From: Parcubacteria group bacterium LiPW_30
Lineage (GTDB): Bacteria; Patescibacteriota; Minisyncoccia; Phycocordibacterales; VMEP01
DNA: 64,000 bases
Assembly: GCA_007375595.1 (NCBI GenBank)
Contig: VMEP01000001.1
Location: forward strand, 415,184-479,183
Direction: 5' to 3'
Under the pieces are notes generated by a model, which was given only the letters and a program-made list of their open reading frames with translations, had not been told where the DNA came from and ran no database searches. Position 1 is the first letter of the stretch; the number at the start of each line of letters is the position of its first letter. The position numbers and the translations under genes were made by a program. Shown here piece by piece: positions 35,768 through 46,017 of the stretch.

Positions 35768-36517
35768 ATGAAACGAGTTATCGTAAAAATTGGAACAAGA
35801 GTTTTGTCTAAAGAAGATGGAACGTTAGATTTAAATTTTTTGGAACATATTGTCGAGCAGATTGTAGAGCTTCGAAAAATGGGAATACAGGTTGTGCTTG
35901 TGACTTCCGGCGCCGTCGGCGCCGGAAAGAGTTTGATTTCTCTTCCGGAGGTAAAATCGGATGTTGTGCGGAAACAAGCTTTTGCTGCGGTTGGACAAGT
36001 GAAATTAATGAATACTTATTCTGAGTTTTTTGCAAAGCATAATTATTATTGCGCTCAAGTGCTGGCAACCAAGGAAGATTTTCGTGACGAAACGCACTAC
36101 TTAAATATGAAAAATTGTTTTGAAGGTCTGCTTTTAGACAACGTGATTCCAGTGGTGAATGAAAACGACGTTGTCGCGATTGCAGAACTTCTCTTTACCG
36201 ACAACGACGAACTCGCGGGGCTTGTGGCAAAACAACTTGAAGTTGATGCAGTGATAATCCTCACAGGCACAGACGGAATCTTGGATGAAAAAAATAAAAC
36301 TGTGCCTGAAGTTAATACTTCAAATATTGATGAAGTTGCCTCACTTATCAGTATTAATAAGTCGGCATCTGGGCGAGGTGGTATGGTTTCTAAGTTTTCT
36401 GTTGCAAAAGAATTGTCGCAAAAAGGAATAACTGTGCACATAGTTGTTGGGAAAAGAAAAAATATTTTAGTTGACGTGGTGCGTGGAGAAAAAGTCGGCA
36501 CTCGGTTTGTATCTTAA
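35768..36517 (+). CDS. proB: Glutamate 5-kinase lacking PUA domain
   Basis: RVIVKIGT, VTSGAVGAG, KQAFAAVGQ, VNEND, FTDNDELA, GRGGM. Confidence 0.92.
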   Translation: MKRVIVKIGTRVLSKEDGTLDLNFLEHIVEQIVELRKMGIQVVLVTSGAVGAGKSLISLPEVKSDVVRKQAFAAVGQVKLMNTYSEFFAKHNYYCAQVLATKEDFRDETHYLNMKNCFEGLLLDNVIPVVNENDVVAIAELLFTDNDELAGLVAKQLEVDAVIILTGTDGILDEKNKTVPEVNTSNIDEVASLISINKSASGRGGMVSKFSVAKELSQKGITVHIVVGKRKNILVDVVRGEKVGTRFVS

Positions 36518-36558
36518 TTGCGTTCGGTATTTGCGGTTTGTTTTGATATGATTTAAAA

Positions 36559-36777
36559 ATGGAAAATAAATCAATTGAGACACATCACCGTTCGGCAATA
36601 AAATCTATTAGTTATCGCGCGCTATCTGTTAGTGTTGATTCTACTGTCGCCTATTTTTTCACACACAATATAGCTCTCTCTGCTGGAATTGTTCTTTTTG
36701 TAAATTTATACAGCACTTTACTTTATTATTTTCACGAACGAGCTTGGGCTCGTGTGCGTTGGGGGAGCCGAAGCTAG
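36559..36777 (+). CDS. DUF2061-like small membrane protein
   Basis: ETHHRSAIKSISYR...YYFHERAW..V.WG. Confidence 0.8.
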   Translation: MENKSIETHHRSAIKSISYRALSVSVDSTVAYFFTHNIALSAGIVLFVNLYSTLLYYFHERAWARVRWGSRS

Positions 36778-36786
36778 TTGATGTTT

Positions 36787-37404
36787 TTACCTTTCAATTA
36801 GTGGAACAAAAGCAAAGCCGTGATGTTTTTCTATTTCTAGATTTCCGCTAGCTTCTTTTTCAATTTTCCAAATATCATTGCCGATAGGCGCCACCATAAC
36901 CCCGCCAATTTTAAGCTGATCAATTAAAGCTTTTGGAATTTTCCCCGCAGAAGCAGAAACGAGTATTTTGTCGTAAGGAGCTTCCTCGGGGATTCCTAAT
37001 GTATCGCCGGCTTGTTTTATTTCGGCATTTGTAAAATTATATTTACTCAAATTATTTCTTCCTAAAGTAACAAGCTCGGGAATAATCTCCACGCCAACGA
37101 TTTTGCCAGCATTTCCAACCAGATGAGAAAGAAGGGCTGTTGTGTATCCCGATCCAGAACCAACATCAAGCACATGCTCGCCCTTTTGTGGTTTGAGAAG
37201 TTCCAATATAAACGCAATCGTGAAGGGTTGGGAAATTGTTTGCTCTCCGCCGATAGGGAGAGGACTATCTTCGTAGGCAAAGCTGAGGAATTCTTCTTTT
37301 ACAAAATCTTTTCGGTCAATTTCTTTGAACGCATTAATAATAGACTCGGTGCGTAACACCCTGGTCTGTTTTAGGTGGGCAATTAATGATTCGAGTGAGT
37401 TCAT
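36787..37404 (-). CDS. pcm: Protein-L-isoaspartate O-methyltransferase
   Basis: AYEDSPLPIG..QTISQP, VLDVGSGSGY, APYDKI, QLKIGG, FVPL. Confidence 0.93.
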   Translation of the reverse strand: MNSLESLIAHLKQTRVLRTESIINAFKEIDRKDFVKEEFLSFAYEDSPLPIGGEQTISQPFTIAFILELLKPQKGEHVLDVGSGSGYTTALLSHLVGNAGKIVGVEIIPELVTLGRNNLSKYNFTNAEIKQAGDTLGIPEEAPYDKILVSASAGKIPKALIDQLKIGGVMVAPIGNDIWKIEKEASGNLEIEKHHGFAFVPLIER

Positions 37405-37520
37405 ATTTTAAGTATATTCCTTTTCTTTTTTTGAAACATCATTTTTGTGATGGAAAAGAGCCCGAAATTAGAATTCCCCAAAAGACAAGACAAAAATTAA
37501 TAATCTGCTATCTTTTAGAT

Positions 37521-38207
37521 ATGGAAAGACAAAAAGCTGGAATTATAGAGGAAACCTTGGAAAAGGAGCTCAGTAAAGAAGCGCAGGTCGTTTATGCTGA
37601 GATTATAAAAAAGCCAGAAATTCTTGAGGCTTTTGCCATACTCGACCAATTACCGGGCGAACTCCACTATCACAACAAGACTCACACAGAAGATGTTATT
37701 CGTGAGGCAATTTTGTTTGCTCTTGCCGATGGTGCAAGTAGGGAGACAATAGAACAGCAAGCTGTCGCTGCCGCGTGGCACGACGTTGGTTTTATTAAGG
37801 AATATCAAAAGAACGAACCTATCGCTGTAGAATTATTTAAACAAAGCGAGGCCTATAAAACATTATCCGAAGAAGCACGAGAAGAAGTTATCGCAAATAT
37901 TTTAGATACACAAATTGTTGTTGATGGGGGGATCCCGTCGTTATCTCACGAGAGAAGTAGTAATAGATATATCTTAGACGCTGATGTTAGTAATTTTGGT
38001 AGAGACGATTTTTTTGTTAATAGAAAAAAAATTGCAGACGAGCTTAAGATTGATTTATCTGACCCGGCAGCGAAAAAAGGTTTTTATAGTTTTGCCTTAG
38101 ATCTTTTGAAAAACCACAAATGGGAAACAAATTCCGCAAGAATGTTGAGGCAAGCAAAGAAAGATGAGAACTTAAGAAAAGCGGAAGAAGAATTCGCTAG
38201 TTTATAG
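37521..38207 (+). CDS. HD-domain phosphohydrolase
   Basis: YHNKTHT, AAAWHDVG, LDADV. Confidence 0.8.
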   Translation: MERQKAGIIEETLEKELSKEAQVVYAEIIKKPEILEAFAILDQLPGELHYHNKTHTEDVIREAILFALADGASRETIEQQAVAAAWHDVGFIKEYQKNEPIAVELFKQSEAYKTLSEEAREEVIANILDTQIVVDGGIPSLSHERSSNRYILDADVSNFGRDDFFVNRKKIADELKIDLSDPAAKKGFYSFALDLLKNHKWETNSARMLRQAKKDENLRKAEEEFASL

Positions 38208-38355
38208 TTTTTGCAATAATTATTTGACATTATATTTTTGTCATGTAATATAGCCCAGTCGACCAATGGTGGTCGATTTCATTTGTTCCCAGGTGGGAGC
38301 ATTTGAATGTACATTCCGTTTCAATTCTTTCGTCAATTTTCTGGAGGTATTACCC

Positions 38356-38676
38356 ATGAATTCGAAAACCACCACCGGCCACGGCCAAAATGGCACTGTT
38401 GCGCACCCGAAGCTTTCCGTCATCTTCGCCAACGGCGCCGCCGGCTTCTCCGATCGCTCGATCCTCAAGCACGATGGCTGGAAGAAGCACTCCGGCAAGG
38501 CGCCGGTTTCCGGCACGATGGTCCATACGCTGCACAGCCAGAAGATCGAAGGGACCGATTCGTTCGCCATTTGTCGTGAAGGCGACCAAATCGACGGCCA
38601 GGTCCTCTCTGCCACCAAGGCCGAACTCGAGGTCCTGATGGCCGGCTTCGGCTACGAGCTCAAGCTCAAAGCTTGA
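38356..38676 (+). CDS. Hypothetical orphan protein, GC-rich codon usage
   Basis: GGAGG SD; upstream TTGACA; terminator aagacgcc-caa-ggcgtctttttt. Confidence 0.65.
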   Translation: MNSKTTTGHGQNGTVAHPKLSVIFANGAAGFSDRSILKHDGWKKHSGKAPVSGTMVHTLHSQKIEGTDSFAICREGDQIDGQVLSATKAELEVLMAGFGYELKLKA

Positions 38677-38788
38677 CGAAGAACGAAACCACCCGTCGAT
38701 AGAAATATCGGCACCCCCAAGACGCCCAAGGCGTCTTTTTTTGTTTCAAATTTAAAACAGCGAAAAGTTTGGTATATAATGCCTGTAT

Positions 38789-39751
38789 ATGAACCCAATA
38801 CTTAAACAAATCTTAGTTCTTGTTGCGGTAATTATTATTTTATTATTAGGGATGAAGTTTTTACCACCACCAAGCAATTCCAATCTAAAAAATGGTGATG
38901 TTCCAAGGATACAACCTGCTTCAAGTTATCTTGATGCGATATATATTATTGAAGGAAAAGAGGTCACTTTAGCAAACGGCGTGTCAGAGATTGAAGTTGT
39001 TCCAGGTTCGGTCTCAAAAATAGTTACCCGTTTTTTTGGTAGTGAAGTTAAACACGATTTTAATGATGACGGAAGAGAAGACATCGCTTTTCTTTTAACC
39101 CAAGAGACGGGCGGTAGTGGTGTATTCTTTTACGTTGTTGCCGCACTAAATACTCCTGATGGGTATATTGGCTCACATGCTGTTTTATTGGGTGACCGTA
39201 TTGCCCCACAGACAATGCACATGGAGGAAGGGAATACAGTTATGGGGACGAGTAGGCAAAACGTTATTGTTGTTAATTATGTCGTTCGTCTTCCTGGAGA
39301 ACCAATGACAGTACGTCCGTCTTTAGGAAAAAGTATTTGGTTGAAGCTTGATCCAAAAACAATGCAATTTGGTGAAGTTGCTCAAAATTTTGAAGGAGAA
39401 GCGAATACACCGCAAATGACACTTGGAATGAAGAAGTGGTCATGGTCCTCGACCTCTTATAATGATGGTAAAAAAATATTACCAAACAAAGAAAATACTT
39501 TTATTCTTGTTTTAAAAGATGATGGAAATTTTTCAGCGACAACAGATTGCAACACTATAAACGGCAGATATTCAACGAAAGGAAATAAAATAACATTTAG
39601 CGAAATGTTTTCTACTTTGATGTATTGCGAAGGTTCACAAGAAGCTCTATTTTCTAAAATGCTCACCGAAACGGAAAGCTATCACTTTACTGCAAAAGGG
39701 GAATTGGTTTTTGGGCTAAAGCTTGATAGTGGTTCATTTATTTTTCGATAA
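38789..39751 (+). CDS. META (HslJ) domain-containing exported protein
   Basis: N-terminal TM; DFNDDGRED, GGSGVF, GDRI; C-terminal TDCN...STLMYC. Confidence 0.8.
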   Translation: MNPILKQILVLVAVIIILLLGMKFLPPPSNSNLKNGDVPRIQPASSYLDAIYIIEGKEVTLANGVSEIEVVPGSVSKIVTRFFGSEVKHDFNDDGREDIAFLLTQETGGSGVFFYVVAALNTPDGYIGSHAVLLGDRIAPQTMHMEEGNTVMGTSRQNVIVVNYVVRLPGEPMTVRPSLGKSIWLKLDPKTMQFGEVAQNFEGEANTPQMTLGMKKWSWSSTSYNDGKKILPNKENTFILVLKDDGNFSATTDCNTINGRYSTKGNKITFSEMFSTLMYCEGSQEALFSKMLTETESYHFTAKGELVFGLKLDSGSFIFR

Positions 39752-39868
39752 AATAAATCTGTACGGCATAAATTGACAGAGCGCAGATTTGCGGTAGTTT
39801 ATGCTTAGTTGTAATTGCTCTGCGACATTCTGTCGTGTTGGCAACCTTTATATACAGGAGGTCGAAAG

Positions 39869-40396
39869 ATGAAGAAAAGAGTCGAAATTCTTGTCGGCGC
39901 CAAAGAAGCTTTTTTCCATGCGATGTCGCTTGGATGGGCATCTGGGTCAAAGGCCGCCGCAAAGGTGGTGGATGTTTTGGGAAGTTCTGGTGGCGAGGAA
40001 ACCGCCTACATCACAGGACTTCTGTACAAGAATGAGTGGTTCCGCGTCGTTGACCGCTACTGTGTTTCAGAGGCGGGTAAGTCTGCCGGCACAACGACCA
40101 TTTGGTTCCACAATGATCCAGTTTGGTTTATGAGCTACGGCGGTTCCTACCTGAAGGAGGATATCCCTTTTCTGAAGGATGCACTCATGCGTGTTTACTC
40201 CACGAAGCAGTTTTTCGGAGGGCGAGGTCCGACTAGTCTTGCCCAAGGGGTACCGCATCTCAAGAGTGGCGTCCTTGTCTACGCAAACGAAATCGAGAAG
40301 GATAGCACTTTCGACAAGTTTCGTGGAAAAGAGGCGATCATCGGCCCAGTCGGTATTCGTGGTCAACATGATTACTGGGGGATGGCCCTTATCTAG
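39869..40396 (+). CDS. Hypothetical protein, DUF5680-like
   Basis: DRY...SAGTTTI...PVWFMSYGG...FLKDAL...GGRGP pattern; AGGAGG SD. Confidence 0.6.
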   Translation: MKKRVEILVGAKEAFFHAMSLGWASGSKAAAKVVDVLGSSGGEETAYITGLLYKNEWFRVVDRYCVSEAGKSAGTTTIWFHNDPVWFMSYGGSYLKEDIPFLKDALMRVYSTKQFFGGRGPTSLAQGVPHLKSGVLVYANEIEKDSTFDKFRGKEAIIGPVGIRGQHDYWGMALI

Positions 40397-40489
40397 TTCT
40401 CCGTTCGCCACGTTTTTGTTTTATTGCGCCCCGGTTTATCCGGGGCGCTTTTGTTTTAGGTAATCTAAATAGTAGGGTATTATATTTAT

Positions 40490-40885
40490 ATGGATAACTT
40501 CTCTTCTTATCAGGAATTAATTAGACCAACTTGGGCGCCACCCGCATGGATTTTCGGACCAGTGTGGAGTGTTCTCTATATTCTGATAGCTATTTCTTTT
40601 GGAAAAGTTTTTTTGATGTTGTGGCAAAAACAGATTACTTTAATAGTTGCTTTGCCTTTCATCTTAAACCTAATTTTTAATTTTTCTTTTACTTGGATTC
40701 AGTTTGGTTTAAAAAACAATATCCTCGCATCAGTAGATATTCTTTTAGTTCTCGCAACACTTATTTGGGCGATGTTTTCTATTTGGCCAAAAGCCCGATG
40801 GATTGCTTTAATAAATATTCCATATCTTTTCTGGGTTTCTTTCGCGACAATTCTTCAATTAACCATAACGTTTTTAAATAAATAG
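40490..40885 (+). CDS. tspO: TspO/MBR family protein
   Basis: RPTWAPPAWIFGPVWSVLY, PYLFWVSFAT. Confidence 0.92.
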   Translation: MDNFSSYQELIRPTWAPPAWIFGPVWSVLYILIAISFGKVFLMLWQKQITLIVALPFILNLIFNFSFTWIQFGLKNNILASVDILLVLATLIWAMFSIWPKARWIALINIPYLFWVSFATILQLTITFLNK

Positions 40886-40962
40886 ATTATGAATATTATG
40901 ATGATAATAATTTTAGTTGTTGTGATAGGGGTAGTAGCTTTTATTTTAATTGGAGACAAAAA

Positions 40963-41178
40963 ATGAACGACGAAATTGAACTAGGGAAGTATAGGCATTA
41001 CAAAGGTGGTCTGTATGAGGTTATTGGGATAGCAAACCATAGCGAAACGATTGAAAAGATGGTTGTATACAAACATTTAGATGATGATGGTGGTTTGTGG
41101 GTGAGACCACTTGCGATGTTTAAGGAATTTATAGAAAAAGACGGCGAAAAAATACCAAGATTTAAAAAGGTTGATTAA
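40963..41178 (+). CDS. DUF1653 family protein
   Basis: GKYRHYKGGLYEVIGIANHSET...WVRPLAMF. Confidence 0.9.
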   Translation: MNDEIELGKYRHYKGGLYEVIGIANHSETIEKMVVYKHLDDDGGLWVRPLAMFKEFIEKDGEKIPRFKKVD

Positions 41179-41223
41179 ACAAAAAAACCGCACGATATTA
41201 GGTGCGGTTTTTTATTGTTTTGT

Positions 41224-41859
41224 TTAATTAACAAATTCAACAACTTCGTCAAAATCTCGGCGAGCTTTTGGTAATTCTGCAAAAGAATCATCCCCCCTGT
41301 GTCCTAAAGCAAGCATTGTCACTGTTGCTAGGTTTTTCTCTTTTAGTCCTAGTATGTTGTCGATTTCGGTTGCAGTGAATCCTTCCATTGGTCCAGTGTC
41401 TATCCCTAAAAGCGCTGCTGTTTCAAGCATCATTCCAAGTGGAATATATGTTTGAGATTGTGCCCAAGCGCTCAATGTTTCGTCTGATTTGTATGAGATT
41501 GCTCCATTAACCATGTCTTCCAACCCCTTCAACTCAGAAACATCTTTCCCTTGAGCTTTTGCGGTTCTTTCTACAAGTTCACGGGTAATGTTTTCGCGGA
41601 TATCTGTACGGCGAGCAATCACTATCAAATGAGAAGCGTCGGTTACTTTTGTTTGATCATAACTAACGGCTCTTATTTTTGCTCTGATTTCTGGATTAGA
41701 GACAACGATAAATTTCCAAGGTTCTACACCAAAAGAACTAGGTGCCATACGGGCACTTTCTAGGATGGTGTTAACCTCTGATTCACTTAATTTTTTAGAG
41801 GAATCAAATGTTTTAACTGCGTAACGCCAAGAAAGCGCTTTCTTTATTTCATCTTGCAT
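41224..41859 (-). CDS. Nitroreductase family (NfsB-like)
   Basis: WRYAVKTFD, APSSFGVEPWKF, GIDTGPMEGF. Confidence 0.9.
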   Translation of the reverse strand: MQDEIKKALSWRYAVKTFDSSKKLSESEVNTILESARMAPSSFGVEPWKFIVVSNPEIRAKIRAVSYDQTKVTDASHLIVIARRTDIRENITRELVERTAKAQGKDVSELKGLEDMVNGAISYKSDETLSAWAQSQTYIPLGMMLETAALLGIDTGPMEGFTATEIDNILGLKEKNLATVTMLALGHRGDDSFAELPKARRDFDEVVEFVN

Positions 41860-41906
41860 AATTTTAATTTTATTGTACGATATTGTTATTGCTAATATTT
41901 TTATAG

Positions 41907-41925
41907 TACTATAAAAACTATAGTA
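41907..41925. promoter_or_regulatory. Palindromic operator candidate between divergent nitroreductase and HxlR genes
   Basis: tactata-aaaac-tatagta inverted repeat. Confidence 0.6.
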
Positions 41926-41939
41926 TTCTATTTAAAACA

Positions 41940-42287
41940 ATGAGTCAAGTAATTTCTAAAAAAACTGATAAAAAAATAAAAAACGAGCCAGTTTGTGGTA
42001 AAGCTTTAGCTCGTGGTTTGAAGATATTTGGAGATACTTGGACTCTTTTTATAATAAATTCACTGTCTTCCGGGGAAAAACGTTTTTGTGAACTACAACG
42101 TGAGGTTGGCGATTTGAATCCTGTCACTTTAACAAACAGACTAAAGACTCTTGAAGGCGAAGGTTTTATCGATAGAAAAAAAGAAGCTATAGATAAGCTT
42201 TCGGTTTCTTATCTTTTAACAAAAAAAGGTCGTGGAATGTTACCAGTACTTAAAAAAATAGAATCTTTTGCTAAACAATATGTCTAA
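41940..42287 (+). CDS. HxlR family transcriptional regulator
   Basis: C..A..L.IFGD.WT, RFCEL, LTNRLK.LE, Y.LT.KG. Confidence 0.88.
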   Translation: MSQVISKKTDKKIKNEPVCGKALARGLKIFGDTWTLFIINSLSSGEKRFCELQREVGDLNPVTLTNRLKTLEGEGFIDRKKEAIDKLSVSYLLTKKGRGMLPVLKKIESFAKQYV

Positions 42288-42291
42288 ATAT

Positions 42292-43161
42292 ATGAGAAAC
42301 AGCATAATTGGGATTTTGGTTTTGATTTTCGTGGCTATCGCTATGGCTGTGTATTTTACTGAAAACAAAAAAATAGTGACGGTAAGTAGCTTTGAAGAAT
42401 GTGCTTCTTTGGGTGGGCCAATTATGGAAAGTTATCCACGCCAATGTAGATACGACGGACAGACGTTTTCTGAAAATATCGGAAATGAATTGGATAAAGC
42501 AAATTTAATCGTTGTTGATTCACCTCGTCCGAATCAAACTATAAGTAGCCCGCTTGTGATTAAAGGAAAAGCTAGAGGGAATTGGTTTTTTGAGGCGAGT
42601 TTTCCTGTTGTCTTAACCAATTGGGATGGACTTATAATCGCGAGCGGAATTGCGACAGCAGAAGGAGATTGGATGACGACAGAGTTTGTTCCGTTTACGG
42701 CTGAGCTTCGATTTGAAAATCCTGATTATAAAAATAATGGATTTTTGATTTTAAAGAAAGATAACCCTTCTGGTTTACCAGAAAATGACGAGGCTCTTGA
42801 AATTCCAGTATTATTTGAAAAAATAAATAACTCCGCTGGTATCTTGCCATTTAAATCTGGAGTTAATGGAAAGGTTTTACTCGGACCAACTTGTCCTGTG
42901 ATACAAAACCCAGCTGATTCAAAGTGTGATGATAAGCCATATCAAACAAACATCTCTGTGCGCCACGTCGACGCAAGCTCTGTGTTCGTTGTTGGTAGAT
43001 CAGACGAGAACGGCATTTTTAATTTCTCCCTTCCGCCTGGGTCATATGTCATTTCTGCTTCTAGTGGAGAAAAATTTCCCAATTGCGTTGATACAGAAAC
43101 TACTATTTCCCCAGATAAATATACAGACGTAATAATTTCTTGCGATACGGGTATTCGTTGA
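42292..43161 (+). CDS. Exported protein with Gmad2 Ig-like domain
   Basis: SFEECA..G.PIMESYPRQC, G.ARGNWFFEASFPV, WMTTEFVPF, DNPSGL, GPTCPV, CDTGIR. Confidence 0.8.
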   Translation: MRNSIIGILVLIFVAIAMAVYFTENKKIVTVSSFEECASLGGPIMESYPRQCRYDGQTFSENIGNELDKANLIVVDSPRPNQTISSPLVIKGKARGNWFFEASFPVVLTNWDGLIIASGIATAEGDWMTTEFVPFTAELRFENPDYKNNGFLILKKDNPSGLPENDEALEIPVLFEKINNSAGILPFKSGVNGKVLLGPTCPVIQNPADSKCDDKPYQTNISVRHVDASSVFVVGRSDENGIFNFSLPPGSYVISASSGEKFPNCVDTETTISPDKYTDVIISCDTGIR

Positions 43162-43204
43162 GACAAACAGTTGAGAGAGGGGAAACGTGGTAGACTTTAC
43201 TTAA

Positions 43205-43855
43205 ATGAAGAGAAATATTGCTATCTTTATTGTTCTCGTCGCCTTTGCTGTTGTTTTTGTTGCATTAACTTTATTTCAAACAGATTTTAGTAAAGTAGAA
43301 AATGCTGTTAGCTCTTATATTATCGAGAATGAAATAATCGGAGTGGTTGTTTTCATTTTCTTTGCGGCTTTCTCCGCAGTGCTTTCACCGCTTTCTAGTA
43401 TTCCCGCGGTGCCGTTCGCAGTTTTAGCTTGGGGTGAAACATTAACATTTATTTTTCTCATTGTTGGCTGGATTATCGGGGCTCTCATCTCTTATGCAGT
43501 TGGAAAATACGGTTTACATGTTCTTTTTAGGCGCGTTCTTCCTCTTAAAAAAATGGAGATATATCAGAAAAAATTTTCTGAACATTCCGAGTTTATTTTG
43601 GTCGTACTTTTCCGTTTAGCCTTACCGTCTGAAGTGACAGGTCTTGTCTTGGGAAGCTTGCGTTATAACTTTACTAAATATCTCGCAGCAACAATTATTT
43701 CTGAAATACCATTTGCTCTTGTCGTGGTGTATTCAAGTGGAGCTCTCATCTTTAGTGATTTTTGGGGACTTTTTTTATGGATTGCCATAGGAGTTACTTG
43801 TTTTTTTGCCGCAGCGGCAATTTTTAGAAAAAAAATTCGCGGTAGTTCTAACTAG
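43205..43855 (+). CDS. VTT/DedA (SNARE-associated) membrane protein
   Basis: Multiple TMs, GALISYAVGK, LFRL.LP, FTKYL.AT. Confidence 0.75.
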   Translation: MKRNIAIFIVLVAFAVVFVALTLFQTDFSKVENAVSSYIIENEIIGVVVFIFFAAFSAVLSPLSSIPAVPFAVLAWGETLTFIFLIVGWIIGALISYAVGKYGLHVLFRRVLPLKKMEIYQKKFSEHSEFILVVLFRLALPSEVTGLVLGSLRYNFTKYLAATIISEIPFALVVVYSSGALIFSDFWGLFLWIAIGVTCFFAAAAIFRKKIRGSSN

Positions 43856-43921
43856 GCTCAAAAAGAAAGGCTATTTTGAGGAGGTGGGTGTTTGGGTTTC
43901 ATAATGATATATAATATTCGT

Positions 43922-44608
43922 ATGAAGAAAGTCGCTATTTTTGATATAGATGGAACAATTTTTCGTTCTAGTCTTTTAATTGAGCTTATGGAGGTGCTTA
44001 TTGAGCGAGGGAATATAGATGAGTCGGTACGTAAAGAATACGAAAGAGAGCACAAACATTGGCTTGTGCGTAAAGGAGACTACGGTGCATATATTGGTGC
44101 GGTGGTTAAATCGTTCGAAGAACACATTAAAGGGGTTTATTATGCTGATTTTGCTGAAGCATCGGAGACGGTGATAGAGAGATATCAAAATCATACTTAT
44201 CGTTATACTCGCGATTTAATCGCCAAACTAAAAAAAGAAAAATATTTTCTTTTGGCAATCACTCACTCGCCAAAAGGAATCGCCGAAAAGTTTTGTAAGG
44301 GACTAGGTTTTGATAAGGTTTACGGTCGACTTTTAGAAATAGGTCCGACAGACAGGTTTACAGGAAAATCAATTGATGAGCACTTAATTATGAATAAGGC
44401 CAACATTGTGAAGCGTGCAGTGGAAAAAGAAAACTTAACGCTTGATGGGTCAATCGGCGTTGGTGACACAGAGAGTGACATTCCACTTTTGGAGAGCGTA
44501 GAAATCCCAATTTGTTTCAATCCAAATATGAAATTATATAAACATGCACAACGTAATGGGTGGAAAATAATTGCGGAGAGAAAGGATGTTGTTTATGAAA
44601 TAGATTAA
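43922..44608 (+). CDS. HAD-IB family hydrolase
   Basis: AIFDIDGTIFRSS, GVGDTESDIP, FNPN. Confidence 0.88.
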   Translation: MKKVAIFDIDGTIFRSSLLIELMEVLIERGNIDESVRKEYEREHKHWLVRKGDYGAYIGAVVKSFEEHIKGVYYADFAEASETVIERYQNHTYRYTRDLIAKLKKEKYFLLAITHSPKGIAEKFCKGLGFDKVYGRLLEIGPTDRFTGKSIDEHLIMNKANIVKRAVEKENLTLDGSIGVGDTESDIPLLESVEIPICFNPNMKLYKHAQRNGWKIIAERKDVVYEID

Positions 44609-44741
44609 AAAGATCCCCCGATTTTAAGATACTGTCTTTTTGTGAAGATTTAATAGATGAGCTACATTGACACAGTGCTATTTTTGTGCTAGTTTGTCGA
44701 TAGAGATCTTAACATTCGATTTATTTTTTGAGGAGAGTCCT

Positions 44742-45614
44742 TTGTTAGACACACAACTTGAGGCGTTAACTCAAAGGGTCCGCGAGACACTTTTGGCCGG
44801 TCGTGTCGTCGTGATTATGGGGTGGAGAGTAAACCATCACACCCCATTTACTAAAAGTTTGCCGGAAAGAAAGGTTCGATTTTATCTAAATGACAGGCCA
44901 CCGAAATCACTTAGTGGTACGGTTGGCCTAGTGCTTTATCCCGAATATTTGTCACACCGTGATGTGGAACGGCTAAAGAGAGGGTTAAACAGTAGGATAG
45001 TTTATCCGATTGTAGTGCATTATCGGACAATCATATCAACAATAGAATCCTGTAAGGATTTGATGGTTGTTCAGCCATGCACTTGCGCCAACCTCCAGTG
45101 CGACGAAACAAGAGCGGTGACCAAAGTAGAGCCCGCGGTCGGAGCGATACCTTTGATTCAGGATTTGAGCGAAGATGTTCTTGATTTTTTGACAACTCCA
45201 CCTTTGAAGGAGAAACACGAAATGAACAAAATGGAATGTTTTGCTAAAGCGTTTCTAGAAGCTGCCACGTCCGACGGCGAAGGCCGTGTTGGCAAGGTAA
45301 CACTGGGGAAACTTCGCACGCAGTGTGGTGTTGAAGAATCCGTTTCGAAACTTATCCGCGATGGCTGGCTTGAGTCGGTCGTAACGCCGGGTAAGCAAAA
45401 GGCTGGCTGGTATAAGGCCGGCCAGACGATGCTTCAAAGCAGTGCTGATCAGAAGAATGTTGAACCCGAAGATCCGTACGAGCTGGCGAAATTTCTTGTC
45501 GCCCAGAAACCTGGGGTTCTTGCCGAGTTCGCCGAAGCTGAAAAAAAGCTCGCAAGGATTGAACTTGCGGAAAAAGTACTCGAACAGCTAGCCGGCCTCA
45601 AGAAGTCGGAATAG
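44742..45614 (+). CDS. Hypothetical orphan protein (start uncertain)
   Basis: GAGGAG before TTG at 44742, upstream TTGACA; possible winged-helix plus coiled-coil C-terminus; terminator at ~45640-45672. Confidence 0.6.
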   Translation: MLDTQLEALTQRVRETLLAGRVVVIMGWRVNHHTPFTKSLPERKVRFYLNDRPPKSLSGTVGLVLYPEYLSHRDVERLKRGLNSRIVYPIVVHYRTIISTIESCKDLMVVQPCTCANLQCDETRAVTKVEPAVGAIPLIQDLSEDVLDFLTTPPLKEKHEMNKMECFAKAFLEAATSDGEGRVGKVTLGKLRTQCGVEESVSKLIRDGWLESVVTPGKQKAGWYKAGQTMLQSSADQKNVEPEDPYELAKFLVAQKPGVLAEFAEAEKKLARIELAEKVLEQLAGLKKSE

Positions 45615-45766
45615 TGCCACAAGCCCGCACCAAATGAAGAGCCCGCCTCTTTTTTATTGGGGCGGGTTTTTTGTTGAAAGGATGAATTATTGTGTAAAAA
45701 AATACAAAGAATATTTTGATTTGATATACTTAATGTATTAAAAATTAATCTAAAAATTTAAATTTT

Positions 45767-45826
45767 ATGGCAAAAGGAAACGATCGCCCACGTAAGGAAA
45801 AAAAGAAACCAAAGAAGAATAAGTAG
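45767..45826 (+). CDS. Tiny basic peptide MAKGNDRPRKEKKKPKKNK (absent from ORF track)
   Basis: AT-rich leader like core genes; triple in-frame stops; long hairpin downstream. Confidence 0.55.
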   Translation: MAKGNDRPRKEKKKPKKNK

Positions 45827-45839
45827 TAATGATAGGAAC

Positions 45840-45912
45840 AGAAAATCCGCCCAGCACTTAATTTTCAAATCGAGTTTGTCTAATTTAAAATTAAGTGCTG
45901 GGCGGATTTTCT
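45840..45912. repeat. Perfect 26-bp inverted repeat with 21-nt spacer
   Basis: agaaaatccgcccagcacttaatttt / aaaattaagtgctgggcggattttct. Confidence 0.9.
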
Positions 45913-46017
45913 AATTCTTGATTTTTTACGGCTTTTATGTTATACATATAGGCAAGCACAGGAGCAGAGTCGAGTTTCGTAGTAGCAATTTAAGCAGCAA
46001 TAAATATAGAAATCAAT

